A stretch of DNA of 63,500 nt, filler included. It is 7 parts of 7 records of this genome, joined end to end, with 100 filler letters (N's around TTAATTAATTAA, not from the genome) between each part and the next. Parts side by side here need not be neighbours in the genome. Positions count along the whole stretch, not along the records: positions 13,799 to 26,850 come from SRR31156797_12822; positions 26,951 to 36,476 come from SRR31156797_12827; 5 more parts are not named here. The stretch is one strand, 5' to 3'. Position 1 is the stretch's first letter, and each line of letters starts with the position of its first letter. A program made the translations under genes and the position numbers. The notes beneath the pieces are model-generated. The model worked only from the letters and a program-made list of their open reading frames with translations. It was not told where the DNA came from and made no database searches. Positions 19,310 through 29,608 of this stretch are shown here, in pieces.

Positions 19310-20827
19310 TTAATGATTAATCATTTTTAAAATTTCATCCACATATTTTCGGTCGTTTGATAGCCTTGGCACCTTGTTTTGTCCGCCGAGTTTATCTTTT
19401 TTCTTCAACCAGTTATAGAAAGTATTTTTCGGTAACGACCTTATTACTGGTTGTTCCAACACCATGCCTTTGTATCGCTTGGCTTCATAGTCGGAGTTGA
19501 GCGATTTAAGTGCATTGTCGAAGGCATCGGTAAAAACGTCCAAATTATCTGGTTCGTGTGTAAACTCCACCAACCATTCATGCGCCGCATTTTTGTCGTT
19601 GTTGAAATAGATTGGGGCTGCAGTATAATCCGAAACCACAGCATGGCATTTTTCACAAGCGATTGTCAGGGCTTTTTCAGCATTTTCAATGATTACTTCC
19701 TCTCCAAAAGCGTTTATGAAATTTTTTGTGCGGCCGGTTATTACAATCCGGTAGGGATAAGTGGAAGTAAATTTGATCGTATCCCCGATCATATACCGCC
19801 ACAGTCCACCATTTGTGCTGATGAGCATGGCATAGTTTTTCCCCACTTCTACTTCGTCAAGCATAAGCGTTTTCGGGGATTCCTCATCAATTTGATCAAA
19901 GGGAATAAACTCATAATAAATACCATAGTCAAGCATCAGAAGCATATCGTGGTGCCCGGACCTGTCCTGGATGCCAAAGAATCCTTCAGAAGCGTTATAG
20001 GTTTCCGTGTAGCTCATCAGGTCGGAGCGGATCAGGTTGGTAAATTGTTTCCGGTATGGATCGAAGTTCACACCCCCATGAAAGAAAACTTCCAGGTTGG
20101 GCCAAACATCAGCAAGATTATCCTTACCTGACAGTTCAAGTATCCGCCTGATCAAAACCAGTGACCATGAGGGTACACCCGATATACTGGTGACATCATG
20201 CTCCATAGTTACCTTAGCCATCTTTTCGATCTTGCTTTCCCATTCATCCATCAGAGCAATGGAACGGCTGGGTGTTTTTTTTAACTGAACCCAAAGTGGC
20301 AGGTTATGCATGAGGATGGCCGAAAGGTCGCCGGTGTAGTATGATTCGTTGTTTACCTCGGTAATGCTACTGCTCCCGCCCATGGCAAGACCTCGCCCAT
20401 CGAAGATGCGTGATTCGGGGTTATTGTGAAAATAGATCGAAAGCATATCCTTGCCGCCTTTAAAATGGCATTCTTCCAGGGCTTCGTTGCTCACGGGGAT
20501 GTACTTGCTCTTATCGCTGGTGGTGCCTGATGATTTGGCAAACCATTTAACATCGGTATTCCAAAGCAGGTTTTGTTCACCTTTACGAAGCCTTTCGATG
20601 TAAGGCTTTAAGCTGTTGTAATCTGTTACGGGCACCCTTGACTGAAACTGTGCCGGGCTGCTAATGCTTTCATAGTCATAGGTTTTGCCCCATTCAGTGT
20701 CTTTTGCTGCCGACATCAATCGTTTAAAAAGTTCGAGCTGAACATCATGTGGATATTTGATGAATAGTTCGATCTGATGAATTCGCTTTTTCATCAACCA
20801 TGATAATAGTGAATTTAATATCGGCAT
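19310..20827 (-). CDS. GH3 auxin-responsive-promoter family acyl-adenylate-forming protein
   Basis: FAKSSGTT, YNASEGFFG, GLWRYMIGD, GGQNKVPRL. Confidence 0.92.
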   Translation of the reverse strand: MPILNSLLSWLMKKRIHQIELFIKYPHDVQLELFKRLMSAAKDTEWGKTYDYESISSPAQFQSRVPVTDYNSLKPYIERLRKGEQNLLWNTDVKWFAKSSGTTSDKSKYIPVSNEALEECHFKGGKDMLSIYFHNNPESRIFDGRGLAMGGSSSITEVNNESYYTGDLSAILMHNLPLWVQLKKTPSRSIALMDEWESKIEKMAKVTMEHDVTSISGVPSWSLVLIRRILELSGKDNLADVWPNLEVFFHGGVNFDPYRKQFTNLIRSDLMSYTETYNASEGFFGIQDRSGHHDMLLMLDYGIYYEFIPFDQIDEESPKTLMLDEVEVGKNYAMLISTNGGLWRYMIGDTIKFTSTYPYRIVITGRTKNFINAFGEEVIIENAEKALTIACEKCHAVVSDYTAAPIYFNNDKNAAHEWLVEFTHEPDNLDVFTDAFDNALKSLNSDYEAKRYKGMVLEQPVIRSLPKNTFYNWLKKKDKLGGQNKVPRLSNDRKYVDEILKMINH

Positions 20828-20922
20828 GTGGGCTTATTATTTATGTTAAATCAGCATCCAAAATTACAATTAATGGCTGGTATTTGTTCATGGTGTTAAA
20901 GTAAAGATTCATCACTATTTTT

Positions 20923-21750
20923 GTGAAAAATTCAACGATGGTCATTTTCCCAAACGCAAAAATAAATTTTGGATTATATGTCACCGGTAAAAGACCTGAC
21001 GGATATCACAATATTCAGTCCATTCTTTACCCCATTCCGTTAAAAGATGCGCTGGAGGTTATCAGATCCAAAGATGGTAAGTTCAGGTTTACTTTATCAG
21101 GAATTTCTGTTGAGGGCGATGATGAAAAAAACCTGGTTGTAAAGGCCTGGCAGTTGCTGCATCGGGATTTCGATCTGCCACCTGTTCAAATGCATTTACA
21201 TAAATCTATCCCGATGGGCGCCGGACTGGGAGGCGGGTCGGCTGATGCTGCTTTTTTGCTCAAACATTTAAATCTACATTTTCAACTTGATCTGTCCACA
21301 CAACAACTACAAGCTTATGCCGCAAAGCTTGGGATGGATTGCCCGTTTTTTATCGAAAATATGCCGGCTTATACAACAGAACGTGGAGACCGGTTAGCCA
21401 AAATTGATGTAAGCCTGAGCGGAAAATTTTTGGTGCTTGTAAAACCTGATTGCCATGTGAGTACCGGTGCCGCTTATGCAGAAATTCAACCGGCAGCACC
21501 TCCCATTGATCTTAAGGGGGCTGTAAATCAACCTATTGAATATTGGAATGGATTGATTAAAAATAATTTTGAAAAAACCGTTTTTAATCTTTGCCCAAAG
21601 ATTTTGGCTATAAAAAGTGATCTGTATAAATATGGTGCAAAATTCGCCCTGATGAGTGGAAGTGGTTCATCCGTTTATGGCATTTTTGATGAAGAGGTTA
21701 GATTAAAAGATTATTTTCCTCACGATTTTTATTTTGGTTGCTGGATTTGA
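20923..21750 (+). CDS. ispE: 4-(cytidine 5'-diphospho)-2-C-methyl-D-erythritol kinase
   Basis: PNAKINFGL, RPDGYH, IPMGAGLGGGSADAA, MSGSGS (alternative start ATG 20938). Confidence 0.95.
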   Translation: MKNSTMVIFPNAKINFGLYVTGKRPDGYHNIQSILYPIPLKDALEVIRSKDGKFRFTLSGISVEGDDEKNLVVKAWQLLHRDFDLPPVQMHLHKSIPMGAGLGGGSADAAFLLKHLNLHFQLDLSTQQLQAYAAKLGMDCPFFIENMPAYTTERGDRLAKIDVSLSGKFLVLVKPDCHVSTGAAYAEIQPAAPPIDLKGAVNQPIEYWNGLIKNNFEKTVFNLCPKILAIKSDLYKYGAKFALMSGSGSSVYGIFDEEVRLKDYFPHDFYFGCWI

Positions 21751-21856
21751 TTATCACAATATCAGCCATTTATGAAGGGTCGAAAAAGTATTTCCAAAAA
21801 AAGCCTGCCCATATTCCAACTATTTCTACATTTCGTGTGTCATTCATTTTAAAAGC

Positions 21857-22417
21857 ATGCTGGTGGTAAATAATAACCCTGACATCCACATCAAGTTGAT
21901 TGAGCAGTGCCGGAAGGGTGACTCGAGATCGCAGTACAGGTTGTACAAGCTTTATGCAAAGGCCATGTACAACATCGCCATGCGGATGCTTGCCAACAAA
22001 ATGGATGCTGAGGATGTGATGCAGGAGGCTTTTGTGAGTGCATTCAGGAAAATAGGTGATTATCGCCGGGAGGCATCATTTGGTGCATGGTTGCGTAGGA
22101 TTGTGATCAATCATTGTATCAATTTTATGCAGCGCAAAAAGTCGTTTTTTGAAAGTTTGGATGATGATAAGGTTGCGATTGTGGAAGATTCCCGGGAGTA
22201 TGAAGAGGATGCTTTTCCTCCTGAATTGATCCACAAATCGGTGAAATTGCTGCCGGAAGGTTCGCGGGTGATTTTGAACCTGTATCTTTTTGAAGGGTAC
22301 AAACATCGGGAGATAGCTGAAATGTTGGATATCTCAGAATCAACATCGAAATCGCAATATCAGCGGGCAAAAAAGCTACTCAAAGAAATGTTAATAAGTC
22401 ATGAACAGCAAGTTTGA
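21857..22417 (+). CDS. ECF sigma factor
   Basis: DAEDVMQEAF, FGAWLRRIVIN, HREIAEML.ISESTSKSQY.RAK. Confidence 0.93.
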   Translation: MLVVNNNPDIHIKLIEQCRKGDSRSQYRLYKLYAKAMYNIAMRMLANKMDAEDVMQEAFVSAFRKIGDYRREASFGAWLRRIVINHCINFMQRKKSFFESLDDDKVAIVEDSREYEEDAFPPELIHKSVKLLPEGSRVILNLYLFEGYKHREIAEMLDISESTSKSQYQRAKKLLKEMLISHEQQV

Positions 22418-22952
22418 AGCATATTTAAAATCTCAGCGTCAGAAGATGGACATCGAAGACCCTGACGATCAACTGATCTGGGATGGCATCAGCAAATCGA
22501 TGGAAAAACCCCGGTTAAGCTGGAAGAAGCATTTCTGGAAAGCTGCAGCCATCCTCATTTTCATGGCTTCGTCAACCTATGTTTTGGTGAATGAATTTTA
22601 TCGCGACAGGCCACAAAATATTTATAACATCACCCTCAGCGAAATTGAACCGGGGTACGCCGGAGAGGTCGCAGCCTATCGGGCAGATTTCCGGCAAAAA
22701 CTTGAAAAAGTACAGCAATTGGAACCAGCCGATATGGATAAATTCAGGTTCTTTTTCAATGAATTGAATAACCTCGACACCATGTATCGTGGGTATCAGG
22801 AAGATTTTCACAATTACGGATACGACGAAAGGCTGGTTAAAGCCATGCTCGATTATTACGAAAAACGTGTACGAATACTGGATAGAATGTTAATGGAAAT
22901 TCAAAAACATAAAGATTATGAACTACGTAAAGAAACACAAACCGAGATTTAG
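22401..22952 (+). CDS. Putative anti-sigma factor (single TM)
   Basis: W..I...WKAAAIL TM pattern; overlaps the sigma gene. Confidence 0.72.
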   Translation: MNSKFEAYLKSQRQKMDIEDPDDQLIWDGISKSMEKPRLSWKKHFWKAAAILIFMASSTYVLVNEFYRDRPQNIYNITLSEIEPGYAGEVAAYRADFRQKLEKVQQLEPADMDKFRFFFNELNNLDTMYRGYQEDFHNYGYDERLVKAMLDYYEKRVRILDRMLMEIQKHKDYELRKETQTEI

Positions 22953-24240
22953 TAAACTATTGTTGGTTTTCTTTTTAGTCGCTTTTTATTCAAACCTGGG
23001 AGCCCAGGCCGAATTTAATGATGTACTGAAATTTGAATCTGCCATCGATCCCAATGGCACGGTGCATTTTAAAAACCGGTCGCACGATGCCGAGATAAAA
23101 ACCTGGAACAACGATGCCGTTGAGCTTCAACTGGATGTAAAGATTAAGGCCAAAAAGCAGGACGACATCGATTTGACTGTGGATGCTTTAAAGGACATAG
23201 AATTTAATGATGCCGGCTCAAAGTTCTTCATCAACACCACCTTTTGGGAATCCATGAAGGCGAACACCAATTACAAATTCGAACTATCCAATGGTAAGAA
23301 AGTAAACCTGAAGGATTTTCAGATTTCCATAACCCTCTATGTACCTAAGACCATTTCGATGGAAATTAACAGCAAGTATGCTGATTTGAAAATGGATGAG
23401 ATTGCCGGCGAAATCGATTTAACCATGTATAGCGGGAAGTTTTATGCCTCATCATTTGGTGGCAATGCCGAGTTTAATCTCAGGTATTCAAAGGCTTTCC
23501 TTGAAAATGTACCTCAGGCCAATGCCGAGCTATATGATTCTGACATCGAACTGTCCACATGTGGCAATTTAAAGCTCAACAGCAAATACTCCAAAATTGA
23601 AATTGAAAATGCAGGTGATTTTAATTTTGAATCGTATGACGATAATATTACCATCGGAAAACTTGGAAAAATTAACGGTGAAGCCAAATACTCCGACTTT
23701 GATTTTGGCCCTTCCGTCAATCTCAATTTCGATTTTTATGATTGCAATCTTAAAGGCGAGGATACCGGCAGTGTAAACGGGAAAAGCAAGTATTCTGAAG
23801 TTGAGCTTGGCAATGCCGGGAATGTTTATCTCGATGCTTCGTATGATGATAAATTTACATTTGATGAGATCGATTCGTTTGAATGCCGTGAGAGCAAATA
23901 CACCGATTATGATATTGAGGTGGTCCGTTCAGGGTTTAAATTAAATTCATACGATGACAATGTAACCATTGATAAACTTGCTCCACAGTTCACCGAGGTA
24001 AAAATTGAGGGGAAGTATGGTGATTTTCGTATGGGCTTTCCGGAAACAGCCCAATGTCAACTGTTGATTGATATGAAATATGGGAATGTGGATTACCCGG
24101 AGGCACTTTTTGAACGGAAAACCTACATTAAGGAAAACAGTAAATTGTTTGTGGATGCCAAAACCAGGAATTTTAGTGGCCAACCCTCTTCAATAATTGA
24201 TATCAGTGGGCATGAAAACAAGGTGATAATTTTTGATTGA
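22918..24240 (+). CDS. Secreted beta-solenoid repeat protein (DUF4097/adhesin-like)
   Basis: Signal peptide; about 19-aa repeats alternating SKYS and SYDD cores. Confidence 0.7.
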   Translation: MNYVKKHKPRFSKLLLVFFLVAFYSNLGAQAEFNDVLKFESAIDPNGTVHFKNRSHDAEIKTWNNDAVELQLDVKIKAKKQDDIDLTVDALKDIEFNDAGSKFFINTTFWESMKANTNYKFELSNGKKVNLKDFQISITLYVPKTISMEINSKYADLKMDEIAGEIDLTMYSGKFYASSFGGNAEFNLRYSKAFLENVPQANAELYDSDIELSTCGNLKLNSKYSKIEIENAGDFNFESYDDNITIGKLGKINGEAKYSDFDFGPSVNLNFDFYDCNLKGEDTGSVNGKSKYSEVELGNAGNVYLDASYDDKFTFDEIDSFECRESKYTDYDIEVVRSGFKLNSYDDNVTIDKLAPQFTEVKIEGKYGDFRMGFPETAQCQLLIDMKYGNVDYPEALFERKTYIKENSKLFVDAKTRNFSGQPSSIIDISGHENKVIIFD

Positions 24241-24253
24241 TAACTGCGGTGCG

Positions 24254-24292
24254 GGGTCACCGGCATCAAATGCCGGTGTCCTTGTTTCTTTC
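24254..24292 (+). terminator. Hairpin/terminator after the ECF operon
   Basis: CACCGGCAT-caa-ATGCCGGTG stem followed by a T-rich stretch. Confidence 0.6.
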
Positions 24293-24591
24293 AAATCCTT
24301 ACCAGCGCCTTGTTTGCCTGTAAATTAATATTGGCTTAACATCAATTCAAGATATTTGTATTTCATTTGTATCAGAAAACAAGGATAAAACCTTGCGGAA
24401 AAAGTGCGGCGGTGGCCAAGTAATGAGCAGACGGTCGCGACGAAGGAAACCGAACAGAGGAACCTTCAAAAAAATGTTGGCTGGATTTTCCGGCTTTTTT
24501 TATGCCCGGTAGTTTCCTTCCAAAACTCGCACAATCCTCCCACCCACAATAGCATTCACTATAAAAGTTTGTATTAAAGTTTAAGGAGGAA

Positions 24592-26496
24592 TTAAACCGC
24601 CAGCTTTTCGATGATGCTGGTAAGTTCCTTAAACCTGAAAGGTTTGGTCATGTAGTCGTTCATGCCCACTTCGATGCATTTTTCCTGGTCTTCTTTGGTT
24701 GCGTTGGCTGTGAGGGCTATGATGCTGGTTTTCTTTCTTCCGGGGGTTTCCTGTTCAAAAGCACGGATGTGTTGGGTTGCTTCATATCCATCCATCACGG
24801 GCATTTGGATGTCCATAATTACCAGGTTAAACTGTCCGTTCTTGAATTTCTCAACGGCAACCTTTCCGTTTTCAGCTACATCAAAGGTAAAGCCGTTTCG
24901 TTTTAGGGTAGTACCCACAACCCTTTGGTTGAGCAGGTTATCCTCAACTACCAGGATGTGAATTCCTTTTTTACTGGGTTCTTTTTTCATGGATTCAGAT
25001 TCAAAGGGGAGGGTGAACCAAAAGTTTGTTCCTTCGCCGGGTTTGCTGTCCAGCTCTATTTTTCCACCCATTTTATTGCATAGCGATTGCGAAATGGCAA
25101 GGCCAAGTCCACTACCACCAAATTTTCTTGCTACATCTTCTTTGCCCTGATCGTAAATATTAAAAATACTTTTTTGCACCTCTTCATCCATTCCCATTCC
25201 AGTATCTGAAACAGTAAAACGTAACTTTACTTTTTGGGTATCTTCAGATACTTTATTTACATTAAGTTTCACAGTTCCGGCACTGGTAAATTTAAGGGCG
25301 TTGTTCAACAGGTTTATCAGGATTTGCTCAATACGCAGTTGATCACCTTTGATTTGGTCGGGCAGGTCATCATCAATTTCAAGGATTAACTTATTGTTGT
25401 TTTCCCTGGCTTTAACCTCAAGTAATTTTATGGTTTTATTCAGCATATCTCCCGGGGCAAACCAATCGGAAACCAGGGTGACCTGATTCGAATCTATTTT
25501 AGACAGATCAATAATATCGTTGAGGAGGCTAAGCAGGTTATTGGCCGAATGTTTAACCACATCAAGGGTTTCGCGTTGCTCTTTATCCAGCTCCGAATCG
25601 GCCAGCACATCCAGCAACCCAACAATCGAATTCATCGGCGTACGGATTTCATGGCTCATATTAGCAACGAATTGTGTTCTTGATTTTGAAGCCCTATCGG
25701 CTTTTTGTCTTGCTTCGGCAAGGCTTTCTTTTGATTTTACTTCGCTGGTAATATCTCGCATAACCATTTGATATCCGGTTAATTCAAAATCGCTGTCGAA
25801 CAATGCACGAATGATGGTAGAAACTACAATTTGGCGTGTTCGTGAAAAAGTGAGGCTGTGGTTAATTTTTACTACTGCGTTGGTTGGGGTGAGCACATTG
25901 ATTGCGTTGGATACTTTTTGAACGTCAGCTTCATCTACCCAATTCAGGATGTTTTTACCTTTAAGGCTTTCAAAGGTTTTAGCAAAAGCCACAAGTAATG
26001 CCCGGTTTGCAAACGAAATTTTCAGGTCTTTTTCGGTGCGGCAAATCAAATCAGTCTGGTCCTGTACAATGTTTTGAAATTGCTGTTTTGAATCGCTGAG
26101 TTCAGTTTTAATTCTATCAAGGTCCAGGAAAACTTTGACTTTGCTAAGGAGGATTTCGCGGTTAAACGGTTTTGTGATATAATCTACGGCACCTGATCGA
26201 TAGCCCTGGTAAATGCTGTTTTGATCGTGAAAAACTGCTGTTAGAAAAATGATAGGTGCATGGCGATTACGGCGTCCCTGCCTGATTCTCTCAGCTGTTT
26301 GGAATCCGTTCATTTCCGGCATTTGGATATCGACAATCATCACGGCAAAGTCGTGTTGCTTTACCTGGATCAGCGCTTCCTTTCCACTTTGTGCTGTGAT
26401 GATCCCAACATTTAGCGATCTTAAATTCATCTGAAGGGTGATGAGGTTTTCGCTAATGTCGTCGATGATTAATATTTTGGGAACAAATTCCCCCAT
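24592..26496 (-). CDS. Hybrid sensor histidine kinase (REC-PAS-HisKA-HATPase-REC)
   Basis: VDIQMP, SHEIRTPMN, NLLNNALKFT, DTGMG, GGSGLGL, MDIQMP. Confidence 0.93.
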   Translation of the reverse strand: MGEFVPKILIIDDISENLITLQMNLRSLNVGIITAQSGKEALIQVKQHDFAVMIVDIQMPEMNGFQTAERIRQGRRNRHAPIIFLTAVFHDQNSIYQGYRSGAVDYITKPFNREILLSKVKVFLDLDRIKTELSDSKQQFQNIVQDQTDLICRTEKDLKISFANRALLVAFAKTFESLKGKNILNWVDEADVQKVSNAINVLTPTNAVVKINHSLTFSRTRQIVVSTIIRALFDSDFELTGYQMVMRDITSEVKSKESLAEARQKADRASKSRTQFVANMSHEIRTPMNSIVGLLDVLADSELDKEQRETLDVVKHSANNLLSLLNDIIDLSKIDSNQVTLVSDWFAPGDMLNKTIKLLEVKARENNNKLILEIDDDLPDQIKGDQLRIEQILINLLNNALKFTSAGTVKLNVNKVSEDTQKVKLRFTVSDTGMGMDEEVQKSIFNIYDQGKEDVARKFGGSGLGLAISQSLCNKMGGKIELDSKPGEGTNFWFTLPFESESMKKEPSKKGIHILVVEDNLLNQRVVGTTLKRNGFTFDVAENGKVAVEKFKNGQFNLVIMDIQMPVMDGYEATQHIRAFEQETPGRKKTSIIALTANATKEDQEKCIEVGMNDYMTKPFRFKELTSIIEKLAV

Positions 26497-26738
26497 AAAT
26501 GCCGTATTTTAAAGATGAAATACCTGTTAAGCAAAAATAGTGCATTTAATCACAAAAGTTTTACAAAACGCGGATTTTACATCTAAATCCCGGTTGATGG
26601 TCCTGATTTTGAAAAAAATGCATAGAAATTTTGTGGTTGTTGCAGAAATTGAGACTTTTGCAAAGCGATATTTTAGCCTTTTGCTGATCATACAGCACTT
26701 ATTTTTCCAAAATTTGGAAAATATTTCTAAAAGTAGGA

Positions 26739-26810
26739 GGCCTCATAGTTCAAGGGATAGAATAGGAGTTTCCTAAACTCTAGATCCAGGTTCGAGTCCT
26801 GGTGAGGCTA
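26739..26810 (+). tRNA. tRNA-Arg(CCT)
   Basis: GGCCTCA/TGAGGCT acceptor stem, anticodon arm GGAGT-TT-CCT-AA-ACTCT, GGTTCGAGTCC T-arm. Confidence 0.93.
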
Positions 26811-26850
26811 CAACATAATTCCACAAAGCCCTGATTACGAAAGTTTTCAG

Positions 26851-26950
26851 NNNNNNNNNNNNNNNNNNNNNNNNNNNNNNNNNNNNNNNNNNNNTTAATT
26901 AATTAANNNNNNNNNNNNNNNNNNNNNNNNNNNNNNNNNNNNNNNNNNNN
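26851..26950. other. Artificial contig-joining spacer
   Basis: Same 100-nt N/TTAATTAATTAA block. Confidence 0.98.
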
Positions 26951-29102
26951 CGTTAATCTTATTTTTTAGGAAGCCAAAATCTACACCTGTATTTCGAGAG
27001 ATTGTTGTTTCCCATTTCAAATCAGGATTTTTCAACATATCACCAGGAACATAGGTTGTAACAGTTTCTCCATCTACGGTTATCTGTTTTGTTTTCCAGG
27101 TTTCTTTCCATAATGAAGGGCTGATATTATCCGCACCCGAAGCACCGTAAGATAAACGAAGTTTCAGGTTATCTAACCATGTTACATCTTGCATAAATGG
27201 CTCTTCAATAATACGCCAAGCGAATGCACCTGCAGGGAAATATCCCCACTGATTATTTGGAGCAAATTTTGAAGAACCGTCAGCACGGAAAGTAGCCGTA
27301 AACAAATAGCGCTCTAAGTACGAATAGTTAGCACGTCCAAACCATGATAATGTATGAGAAGGTGTTCCTATTGTATTAGAGAATTCGTCAATATTAGCAT
27401 CATAAGCAACATTGGTCATGTTAATCATACCAAAGGCATCATCCATTGAAAAACCGTTAGGATAACCTGCTCCTTTTAGGTAGGTTTTTTCTGATTTTGA
27501 TCTCAAAAGCTCATTACCAACTAAAAACGACATTTTATGATCGGCACCTAAACCTTGTACTTCATAGTTAATAGTTGAAGCCCATCGTACAGCATATCCA
27601 TCCGATTTTGTTAGCTCGGCAATTTTATACCCCGACTCTAATCCATTATCCCATTCTTTAGTCTTGTTCCAGCTACGCTTTAATGATAAATCTGTTTTAG
27701 CCGTTAATCCTTTTATAGGAGTCCATGTTAACGCAGAATTACTCCGAATGTACTGTGATTCACGGATTTTTTCATAATTATCTATTACATCAACAACATT
27801 ATAATATTCGTCAACGTACGATTCTCCTTGTCCTAAACCTGTAGTATAAGTAGGATCTCCAAGAGGATCGTCAATTGGTCTGAATCGATAGGCTGATGTT
27901 GCAACATCATACTTATCACCTTCAGTTGTTGTTTCTACATACCTGATATCTTCACTAAATGTTAAGTTATCAGTAATCTTCTGGTCAATTTTAAAGTTGG
28001 CGTTCCAACGAGAGTAGCCTGAGTTAATACGGATACCTTCGTCATCAAGATAGTTAATAGAAGCAAAAATTTTGGTCTTATCGGTACCACTACTTATCGA
28101 TAAATCATGATTAAAAGGAACAGCAGTACGCATTACATCATCAATGTAGTTGTGTGCACTTACATTTTTATATTCATCCAGGTGGTTTCCATAACCTGAA
28201 CCCAACCCGAAATATTTTGCAACTCCGTCGCCATACGATGTACCATAGGCTGTTGCATACGACCAGTTCCACAATACATAGTCGTAGGCATCTAATACTT
28301 CAAGCGTTTCCGGATTCTTTTTAATTTGTACATAAGTATTGTACTTTACTGTAGTTTTTCCTTCTTTGGCTCCTTTGGTTGTAACCAAAATAACACCGTT
28401 TGCACCGCGTGCCCCGTAAATTGCAGTTGAAGCAGCGTCTTTCAATACATCAATACTTTCAATGTTGTCTGCCGGGATGTCATTAATGTTGCTTACCTGA
28501 ACTCCGTCTACCACAAATAACGGATCGCTCGATTGGGTAATAGAGTTACCTCCACGAACACGTACCGACATAGTTGCACCCGGGCGACCATCTTGCGAAA
28601 TAACATTTACACCAGCCAAACGACCTTGCATTGCTTGTGCAACATTGGCAACAGGAATAGCAGCAAGTTGCTCTCCTTTTACCGAAGCCACAGAACCGGT
28701 AATATCTTTCCTTTTCGCGGTTCCGTAACCAATGGCTACAACTTCGTCAATGCCGATAGCATTTGCTTCCATTTTTACATCAATAACGGTTCTTCCGTTA
28801 ACTAAAATTTCCTGGGCCTTTAATCCCACAAAAGAAAATTGTAAAGTAGCATCTGAAGAAACACCAGGTAAAGAGTAGTCACCATCAATATTGGTAACAG
28901 TTCCTGTGCCTGTGCCTTTTAATACCACTGTTACACCAGGAATTGCTTCTCCTGTTTGTGCATCAGTTACATTACCTTTTACAGTAATCTCTTGGGCGAA
29001 ACCAACAGATACCGTAAAAATAAACATAACCAACGCCAGAACCTTAGCGCATAAACTATTTACGCGCAAACTTCTTGCTTTTTTACTTTTCAAGTTTGTC
29101 AT
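26951..29102 (-). CDS. susC: SusC/RagA family TonB-linked outer membrane protein (3' truncated)
   Basis: EVVAIGYG, DPLFVVDG, VLKDAASTAIYGARGANGVILVTTK, FRADGSSKF, NPDLKWETT. Confidence 0.95.
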
Positions 29103-29203
29103 ACTTTTAAATTTGGTTATTAATTATATACTCGTTTGCTAAAAACTATTGCATACCAGTTAATTGGGGAAGTAGTAAGAATTAATATTGATTTTTGCCG
29201 AAG

Positions 29204-29215
29204 GCAATCGATTGC
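29204..29215. promoter_or_regulatory. LacI-type palindromic operator candidate in the susC leader
   Basis: GCAATCGATTGC perfect palindrome with central CG. Confidence 0.5.
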
Positions 29216-29262
29216 ATAAACATGTTTATTCATAACATAGGTCCGGTTTAATTATTACTCGG

Positions 29263-29328
29263 CGAATTTATGTTTTAAGCTTCTTTAACTGGTTTCATAT
29301 ATTCCCAATATCAACCGACAAACTTCCC
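29263..29328 (-). promoter_or_regulatory. susC promoter with GGGAA direct repeats (putative HTCS site)
   Basis: Minus strand GGGAA-N17-GGGAA; TATTGGGAAT, 30 nt, TAAATTCG (-7-like). Confidence 0.6.
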
Positions 29329-29608
29329 ACAAAGAAAAAAGATTACAATTTTCTTCAATCTGCAATAAGAACTTTAAGCGAGCCATATGTATCATTATCG
29401 TAAATCCAGAACAAGTATTTTTGCAAAGAATAAAAACACAAAAACAGCTATATACCTGAGCATTAGTAAAACATAAAAAATATTAAAACGATATCATATG
29501 GCGGGTATATTTTCCCAAAAAACTCGTTACGTTATATCTTTTTTGATTGTAAAAACAAAAACATATTTATTTGTTGTATTATTACCGATTGTAGTTTATT
29601 AGTGAGTT

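Noticed and set aside
26895-26950. ORF-track extensions through X runs ending in LIN (also 36477-36532, and the ORF ending at 13750)
   Set aside because: Artefacts of translating the spacer; the susC genes are truncated by contig ends, not pseudogenes.
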